64,000 nt of DNA from a virus. The stretch lies in the IMG/VR virus record IMGVR_UViG_3300009130_001805, positions 14,878 to 78,877 of that record; one strand, 5' to 3'. Below the pieces are notes generated by a model that was not told the origin of the DNA, did not search any database, and worked only from the letters and a program-made list of their open reading frames with translations. Below, in pieces: positions 57,733 through 64,000 of the stretch. The first letter of the stretch is position 1, and each line of letters starts with the position of its first letter. The position numbers and the translations under genes were made by a program.

Positions 57733-58704
57733 ATGTTAAAGGTATGTTTACATGGGTTGCTTGGCAATGAGTTTGGAGAAACTTGGGACTTAAAGGTTTC
57801 ATCGGTTTCTGAGGCCGTTCGCGCTATAGAAGCAAACACTAATAAACTTTACAAATTTTTAAGAGAAAAAGACAAAGAAGGCATTGCCTACAAAATTATT
57901 GCAGGCGATCCAGAGAACCCCCAAAGTCAGATTTTATCCGAAACAGATCTTCAGTTAAATATTTCTTCTAAAAAAGAAATTCATATCATACCTTGTGTTA
58001 GTGGTGCAGGAGACTTTTTAATGGGTTTATTAAGTGTTATAATGGGCTTAATACTTATAGTTGTTGGTCTATTTTTCTTTCCTGTAGGCGGATGGCTTTT
58101 GGTTTTGGCAGGAACAATGATGTTAATTGGGGGTATTATGCAAATGCTTACTAAACCGCCAAGCACTGAAGACTATCAAAGCCAGCGATCTCCTTATAAA
58201 ACTTCAACCACTTCTTTTTCTTTTGGGCAAGTCCCAAATATTACAAATCAAGGCTTGCCTGTGCCCCTTGGGTATGGCCATGCAACAATCGGAACGAGAA
58301 CCACTTCTGTATTTGTAAGATCTGACAGGTATTTTGGTGAATCTTCAGAAGAGGGTACTTTTGGCATACAAGTGGAAGGTCTTGATAAAAATAATGGATA
58401 TGCCCCCGGCTATTTTACTAAAACTGTTAGCGCTGATAATCCGCAAAATAATCTCCAAGCAGGTAAAGCGCCCCAAGGTGAGGGAGGCTATTATCCGGGA
58501 GAGTTTGGCACATTCAGGGTTAAAGATACTTCTGGGACTAGTGCAGTAGAAGATGATGTTGAAATTAAAAGTTTTTTCCGTCCGGGTACAACCTCATTTA
58601 ATACTTTGCAAGTTGGCATTAAGTATGGAGCAAAATTTGGATTTTCTTCTGATATGGTATGCATAGATGAAGTAGACCCGGGACAACAGAGCGTAAGATC
58701 ATGA
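57733..58704 (+). CDS. Lambda gpI-like tail assembly protein, copy 1
   Basis: LHGLLG..FG, S.SEA.RA, IHIIP..SGA, hydrophobic helices, QG.PVP.GYG. Confidence 0.88.
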   Translation: MLKVCLHGLLGNEFGETWDLKVSSVSEAVRAIEANTNKLYKFLREKDKEGIAYKIIAGDPENPQSQILSETDLQLNISSKKEIHIIPCVSGAGDFLMGLLSVIMGLILIVVGLFFFPVGGWLLVLAGTMMLIGGIMQMLTKPPSTEDYQSQRSPYKTSTTSFSFGQVPNITNQGLPVPLGYGHATIGTRTTSVFVRSDRYFGESSEEGTFGIQVEGLDKNNGYAPGYFTKTVSADNPQNNLQAGKAPQGEGGYYPGEFGTFRVKDTSGTSAVEDDVEIKSFFRPGTTSFNTLQVGIKYGAKFGFSSDMVCIDEVDPGQQSVRS

Positions 58705-60845
58705 ATGTAAAATTGCATGGCCTGTTAGCTCAAAAATTTGGGGAAAATTTTTTCTTAAATGTAGATTCTATATCCGAAGCAATTAGAGCAATCCAAGCAA
58801 ATACGGGTAATTTTTATGACTTTTTAAAGAAAAAAGATGCAGAAGGCATTTGTTATAAAGTTGTAATTGGTGATGACGCTTTAAAGGATGGCATACCCCC
58901 AGAAGAGCTTTCGCTTAAAAGAGGCCTTTTTGGGAAAACAGTAAACATTATCCCCGTTCCACAAGGCGCAGAAAATTTACAAGCTATACTTAATATAATT
59001 ATTGGAATAGTGTTGGTTGTCGCTGGGATTATGTCAGGAAATCCTATGCTTATTATTGCTGGAGCCATGATGATTATTGGAGGTATAATGCAGTTGATAA
59101 CAAAACCACCTAAGCCTCCCGCCCCCGGAAGAACCCCATCTAGAGTTACCACTCAGTCTTTTGAATTTAGTGGCCCTACATCTACAATGAAACAAGGCGT
59201 GCCTGTCAAGATAGGCTATGGTCAATTAAAAGTTGGATCAAATGTATTATCTACTGCGTATAGAAGCACTTCTTACTTCTCAGAGTACGACGCTTCAACT
59301 TCTTCAGGCAGCCCAAACTTTCTTCCTCAAAAGGGGGATCAAACCCATGCAACTCCCGTAAATTGGAGTAAAAAGCCTCCTAGATATGGCAATGTAGCTG
59401 GGATAATAGATTCTGCCCAGAAAGGAAATACTGCCGATGAACATTCTGCTCCAGAAACCCCTCCCGGCGGCCCCCTTATGTTTCCAACTTGGAGCGCTTA
59501 TCTTACCGGCTTATCAACAATGTTTGATTTAAGAGAAATCGGAGGCACTCTGTATTTTGTTGACAAAGACGGAAACAAGGTTGATGAAAATCTTAAAGTT
59601 ACATCAGACACGCCAACCGAAAAAGAGAGAGCAATTGAAAATTGGCTAAACTCTCGACAGTTCACATCTTCTGGAAACTCTATTCCGGTTTATGAATCTG
59701 GCTCTGCAATAAGGCTGGGTGGAGATAAAGTTTCAAGAGCCGGACCCTCTTCTTCTGCCCTTATGGCAAGAAGTCTAGTGGTCTCATACGATAAAACTAC
59801 TGCAGACTCAGACAGAGAAACTGACACATATAACTCTGTATCATTCCGCTGGTCTCCTCCCTCCTCTTCTTCCGTAAAAGTTTCAAAATATCATCTTAAA
59901 ATATATCCAGTAATTCAATACCAATATATATTAGCTTTTAACGAAAAAACTGCCAGTCCGGGGGCAAAAGAATTAGACCTTCCTGATGCAGAAGCATTTT
60001 ACGAGCTTGATTTTGTTCAAAACAATATAGATCACAACCCCGGGCAAGAAGTAAGCCAAGAAGTTCTAACTGCAAAAGAATTTCGTACTATAGCTAATGG
60101 AGAGGAAGAAATTGGGCTGGCTTATAATGATAGCAAAAATTATTCTTGGATGATAAAAGACACTCTAGATCATTCAATCATAACAAGTAGTATTGACACT
60201 ATGGGATGCAACGTTAATTATTTTTCAAAAGAATCGACATCTACATCATTAACTCTTGACAACAAAGATCCAATAACAAAATGGATGAATCTTAATCCCT
60301 CGAAAAAAGGCGTATCACCTTACAGTGAAGTACCGCTTATTTTAATTGGAGATAATAGCGGCCTACACGGAGCGCGAGAAAGGCTTATAAGCAAGCAAAC
60401 TGAAGGCGATCACGAGATCGCTCCAGATACAGGAAAAACAAATGGTGTTTTTTGTGACAATGCACTACTAATAGATGTAACTTCTTCCGCAGCTTTTTCT
60501 GGGAATAAAACTTCATCCCATTACAGACCCTCTGAATATAATAAGGAAACAGATTTTGATCCAACCAGCCCTACTCTAAATTACTCTGTATACGACCTTC
60601 TTGATGACGATGGTGGCGTTGTTTCATCTCAATTAAAACTACAAGAAAGCACTTGGGACGATGGATCTAGGAATTTTAAAATTTATATGGACGCAAGATT
60701 TATGGTGGCATTTTCTATTGAAGTGGAGTTTGACGATGGCACAAAATCTTCTGTATCAAATACGGTTATGGAAAATTCAGAAATCATGAGCATTAGAAGT
60801 TCTGCTGAAAGTGACTATTCATCTACAATCACATTATCGTCATGA
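58701..60845 (+). CDS. Lambda gpI-like tail assembly protein, copy 2, with long C-terminal extension
   Basis: Same N-terminal motifs (LHGLLA..FG, IIPVPQGA, QGVPVKIGYG) plus about 520 extra residues. Confidence 0.85.
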   Translation: MNVKLHGLLAQKFGENFFLNVDSISEAIRAIQANTGNFYDFLKKKDAEGICYKVVIGDDALKDGIPPEELSLKRGLFGKTVNIIPVPQGAENLQAILNIIIGIVLVVAGIMSGNPMLIIAGAMMIIGGIMQLITKPPKPPAPGRTPSRVTTQSFEFSGPTSTMKQGVPVKIGYGQLKVGSNVLSTAYRSTSYFSEYDASTSSGSPNFLPQKGDQTHATPVNWSKKPPRYGNVAGIIDSAQKGNTADEHSAPETPPGGPLMFPTWSAYLTGLSTMFDLREIGGTLYFVDKDGNKVDENLKVTSDTPTEKERAIENWLNSRQFTSSGNSIPVYESGSAIRLGGDKVSRAGPSSSALMARSLVVSYDKTTADSDRETDTYNSVSFRWSPPSSSSVKVSKYHLKIYPVIQYQYILAFNEKTASPGAKELDLPDAEAFYELDFVQNNIDHNPGQEVSQEVLTAKEFRTIANGEEEIGLAYNDSKNYSWMIKDTLDHSIITSSIDTMGCNVNYFSKESTSTSLTLDNKDPITKWMNLNPSKKGVSPYSEVPLILIGDNSGLHGARERLISKQTEGDHEIAPDTGKTNGVFCDNALLIDVTSSAAFSGNKTSSHYRPSEYNKETDFDPTSPTLNYSVYDLLDDDGGVVSSQLKLQESTWDDGSRNFKIYMDARFMVAFSIEVEFDDGTKSSVSNTVMENSEIMSIRSSAESDYSSTITLSS

Positions 60846-63800
60846 CTAAAAAATTAGAATCCACCGCAAATTTAATCGTTGTCGATCTTTTGGCAGAAGG
60901 CGAGATCGCTGGCCTTGTTGATCAAAATGGGGATTTAGTTTCTGGCAGAAATCGTCCGGGCAGAAAAGGTTATGTAGATTCCTCCGGACTACTTCAAGGG
61001 GCGTATGATAAAAGTTCTGGCCCAATTTTAGATGAAACAAATTCTTCTGCAAATCCATTTAGGTATAAAGGAATTTTCCTAAATGACACTCCAGTAATAA
61101 CCACTCCGAAAGGTCCTGCGTCGTTAGGCAGAGAGCAGGTGAATTTTCGTAGATTTTATTCAGAGATTAGATTTGGGCATCAAGAGCAAGAGCCATTCAA
61201 TCTCCTCGGTTCTCAAAACACAATTTCAAAAGGAGAGAATTTAATTGGCCCACTGGCAAGTTCTTTTACACGTCAAGACCAGCTTTCTGAAAGCTCCAAC
61301 TCGGTATACCACACCGTAACTAACATAAATGTTACTGAAGTTATTGTTACCGTAAATATACCGCAATTATATAAAGTTGAAAGTGTCCACGAAGAAACTC
61401 TCGGAGATATGAAAGATTCCGAAATAGAATTTTTTATTGAATATGGAATTGAAGGAGAGCCTTTAAGAAACTATAGAGGAAGCCATGTCCCAAGCTCATA
61501 TTCCCTCGGAGATTCTCCAATTAAAATTAAAGGTATAGCTGCGGGCGCTCCATACTTTGTTGACTTCTTAATAAGGATTGGCGATCTTAATTACGATTCT
61601 GGCGTGGCGGGCCAACCTATTCAAGGACTAGCAAATCCTTATAAAAAAAATAGAGTTATCAAGCTAACTAGAGCTACGAGAGAAAAAGACCCAGAAGAAG
61701 AAGCTACTGAGGGTGACGATACCGCAGATCATAATAGAAGCATCAGGTGGCAGGCGGTTGTAGAAGTTGTTCCAGAAAACTTTAATTACGGAAACTCTGT
61801 AGTTGTTGCATCTCAATTCGACGCAAGATATTTTGACAGAATCCCTGAGCGAAGTTTTAATTGTAAACTCATGAAGATTCCAGTGCCATCAAATTATGAT
61901 CCTGAATCTAGAAGGTATAAGGGGCATTGGGACGGGACTTTTTCAACCGAAAAATATTTATGGGAAAATGGTCAAACAGGAAAATATTGGACAAATAATC
62001 CTGCTTGGATATTTTACGATATAATGACCAACAGGAGATATGGCGTTGCTAAATTTCTTGATCCAGACTTTGATCCTGCAGCTCAAGTGGACAAATGGAA
62101 TCTTTACGAGATATCAAAAATTTGTGACGAAATTGTATTGACCGGAACGAGCCCTAGGTATGGCTGGTCAAAATTAGAGACATTTAAAAACAAACTGAAG
62201 TCTGGCTCCAATAATTACATGGATTTAAAAGTTATTGAAACCAGTGACGATAATGATTTAGTTAAAAAGTTTGGAGATGCAAATGCAGGTGGCTCTCCAA
62301 ATATGCTAGATTATACAGGCCAAGAAATTGTAATTAAGACTTGTGATAATAATATATATAAAAGAAAGATTGTTTCTAGCTCTTACGAAAAAGCGGCTCA
62401 AATAGGGGGTTCATCAACTACAAGCATTAGAGATTCTGGATTAATTGCAGCAGGCAGTACTGGAAGTTCAACAAGGAGATCATTAAGTGGCGACGGTTCA
62501 GGCGGAGGCATCCTCCTTAATACTGGAGTAAATTCATCTGGATCCCTTTTGAATTTAGGAGAAAAAGAACAAAGATGGTTAATTACAGGGTCTTTGCGCA
62601 CTGGTGAAAATACGTCGTCAAAATATGGCGCTTCTTTCGCGGGCGCATTCGGAACAGGATCGATGACCAACGGAGATATGACCATCACAAGTGGAGTTTT
62701 AAGCTGGACGGCGAATCAGTCAAATTCGGGTCTTAATGCAGCCACACGAGGAGAAGGCACAGGAGGATCGGAATTCTTTAAGAGATATCAACAGGTAGGC
62801 GAACATGCGAATGCAGGTGCAACAGCCATTGCTGCTTGGGGTGTCAGAGAAAGCTCAGAAGCAAGAATGATTGGACCTCGCTCTGGCGATCCAGCAGGAG
62901 GAGGATCTGGAGCAGGCGTTTTGATTTTTGTTTATGAATTCAGGATGACGGAGTATGATATTGATAGTTTTGAAGGCTCCATGATGATTGCTGTAGATAA
63001 TAATTCAATCGTTACTACAAATGGCCGAAATCGCCAATCAATTAATGGGTGGGGCACAGAAAAGAGATACACTATTCGCTCAGAAGATTTAAACCAAGGT
63101 TATAATAGAATTTTTATTGCTGCAGAAAACTATGCCTCCAGCGCAGCGATCTCAGGTAATTATTTTGGCCTTCGAGTTAGATTTGTCAACTGTAGTGCGC
63201 TTCCTAACCCAAATCTGGGCAGCGGACCTAGGTCGACTTTTGTCGCTAATGGAGAAAGAGACCCGAAGTGGAGATTTTACGCAGATGCATCCACGTCCGT
63301 AGCCGCAGTAACTACATCTCAAGTAGGGCCAGTAAACTATAGAGATGTTACATCTAATGGATATGGAGCGCCCTTTATGTCTCCAACTTTAACTAGTGGC
63401 ACAACTTTTCCTGCAGGAAATTATTATTTTAACCCTAATCAAAATATTACTCTATCTGCTGCAGATGTAGATCCCGCAAGCAGTATCACGAAGATAAGTT
63501 TTGATGTTTTTGCAAAAAATTTAAGGACTGGGGATAAGCTTTACGTTTATACAAAAAGCCAGAGCGGGAGTTGGCAGTCAAAGGAAATTAGTTACACTTC
63601 TGTAAGTGCTGGGGCTGGCGCTATAAGAACTAGCCACACTTTTACACCTGCGGATTTAGGTTTTAAAGCGGGAACGAATTATCTTCGATGGAAATTAGTG
63701 CTTGGCTCGGCTTTTGAACTTACTACGGTTTTACAGGGCACTCCCGCAACCACTAACGGCTACAATACAGTTGCACCCATGCTAAGGATTATAAATATTG

Positions 63801-64000
63801 AGATTTCTAAGGGAACGCTGTTAGGATGGACCCACACATCTAGCTTGACAATAGATGGAGGGATATTAGAAAACGAATTTGAAGATGAAGAAGTTTGCGC
63901 TGAAGCTGGAGTAAAATTCACAGGAGACTACGAAGTAGCAGAGCCAAGATTTGCATGCAATGTGGTTATCCAAGACAAACAAGAAGCGGTGCAAGTTCTT
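60842..64000 (+). CDS. Lambda gpJ-like central tail fibre (runs off window end; absent from the ORF track)
   Basis: Manual translation: MTKKLES...DLLAEGEIAGL...IFLNDTPV...YDPESRRYKGHWDGTF...WTNNPAWIFYD...DKWNLYEISKICDE...EPRFACN; no in-frame stop in the parts translated (start region and 62102-64000). Confidence 0.92.
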   Translation, partial: MTKKLESTANLIVVDLLAEGEIAGLVDQNGDLVSGRNRPGRKGYVDSSGLLQGAYDKSSGPILDETNSSANPFRYKGIFLNDTPVITTPKGPASLGREQVNFRRFYSEIRFGHQEQEPFNLLGSQNTISKGENLIGPLASSFTRQDQLSESSNSVYHTVTNINVTEVIVTVNIPQLYKVESVHEETLGDMKDSEIEFFIEYGIEGEPLRNYRGSHVPSSYSLGDSPIKIKGIAAGAPYFVDFLIRIGDLNYDSGVAGQPIQGLANPYKKNRVIKLTRATREKDPEEEATEGDDTADHNRSIRWQAVVEVVPENFNYGNSVVVASQFDARYFDRIPERSFNCKLMKIPVPSNYDPESRRYKGHWDGTFSTEKYLWENGQTGKYWTNNPAWIFYDIMTNRRYGVAKFLDPDFDPAAQVDKWNLYEISKICDEIVLTGTSPRYGWSKLETFKNKLKSGSNNYMDLKVIETSDDNDLVKKFGDANAGGSPNMLDYTGQEIVIKTCDNNIYKRKIVSSSYEKAAQIGGSSTTSIRDSGLIAAGSTGSSTRRSLSGDGSGGGILLNTGVNSSGSLLNLGEKEQRWLITGSLRTGENTSSKYGASFAGAFGTGSMTNGDMTITSGVLSWTANQSNSGLNAATRGEGTGGSEFFKRYQQVGEHANAGATAIAAWGVRESSEARMIGPRSGDPAGGGSGAGVLIFVYEFRMTEYDIDSFEGSMMIAVDNNSIVTTNGRNRQSINGWGTEKRYTIRSEDLNQGYNRIFIAAENYASSAAISGNYFGLRVRFVNCSALPNPNLGSGPRSTFVANGERDPKWRFYADASTSVAAVTTSQVGPVNYRDVTSNGYGAPFMSPTLTSGTTFPAGNYYFNPNQNITLSAADVDPASSITKISFDVFAKNLRTGDKLYVYTKSQSGSWQSKEISYTSVSAGAGAIRTSHTFTPADLGFKAGTNYLRWKLVLGSAFELTTVLQGTPATTNGYNTVAPMLRIINIEISKGTLLGWTHTSSLTIDGGILENEFEDEEVCAEAGVKFTGDYEVAEPRFACNVVIQDKQEAVQVL

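Noticed and set aside
62138-63940. Intein or intron as the gpJ insertion
   Set aside because: No C-terminal HN, no LAGLIDADG motifs, and the frame is open; composition is fibre/lectin-like
1-64000. Stop-codon recoding, tRNA/rRNA genes, transposases or integrase
   Set aside because: Genes tile densely under the standard code, intergenic gaps are short, and none shows a cloverleaf or mobile-element motif

Overview
This window is a 64-kb segment of a large, AT-rich tailed dsDNA phage, siphovirus-like with a lambda-type tail tip; no capsid, terminase or integrase gene falls inside it. The left part (1-20.7 kb) holds replication and nucleotide genes (DnaB N-terminus, RecA/UvsX, NrdAB, Nudix, dUTPase, dNMP kinase, SSB, sigma factor). 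It also holds auxiliary genes: acyl carrier protein, Hsp20, two exported proteases, a seven-gene glycosyltransferase/methyltransferase/sulfotransferase operon, a GT4, and an APS-kinase/nucleotidyltransferase fusion. The right part (20.7-64 kb) is the tail module: side fibre, tube paralogues, neck, chaperones, a ~4,400-aa tape measure protein (TMP) and gpM/L/K/I/I/J homologues. There are two best candidates for undescribed systems. (1) The TMP carries seven unrelated cargo modules, some nuclease-like, bracketed by eight copies of a G-x-(I/V)-P-N-(F/Y) linker. (2) The phage appears to encode a complete pathway from PAPS supply through sulfotransfer to glycan synthesis. Also notable: a Tyr-less class Ic-type NrdB, a circularly permuted C-type lectin in the gpM-like protein, a GTGTAW late-promoter candidate with T4-style start-sequestering hairpins, leaderless sigma70 genes, covarying twin hairpins in the hsp20 leader, and a 21-bp-phased repeat array beside a wHTH gene. 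All calls come from reading motifs by eye; no database searches were run.
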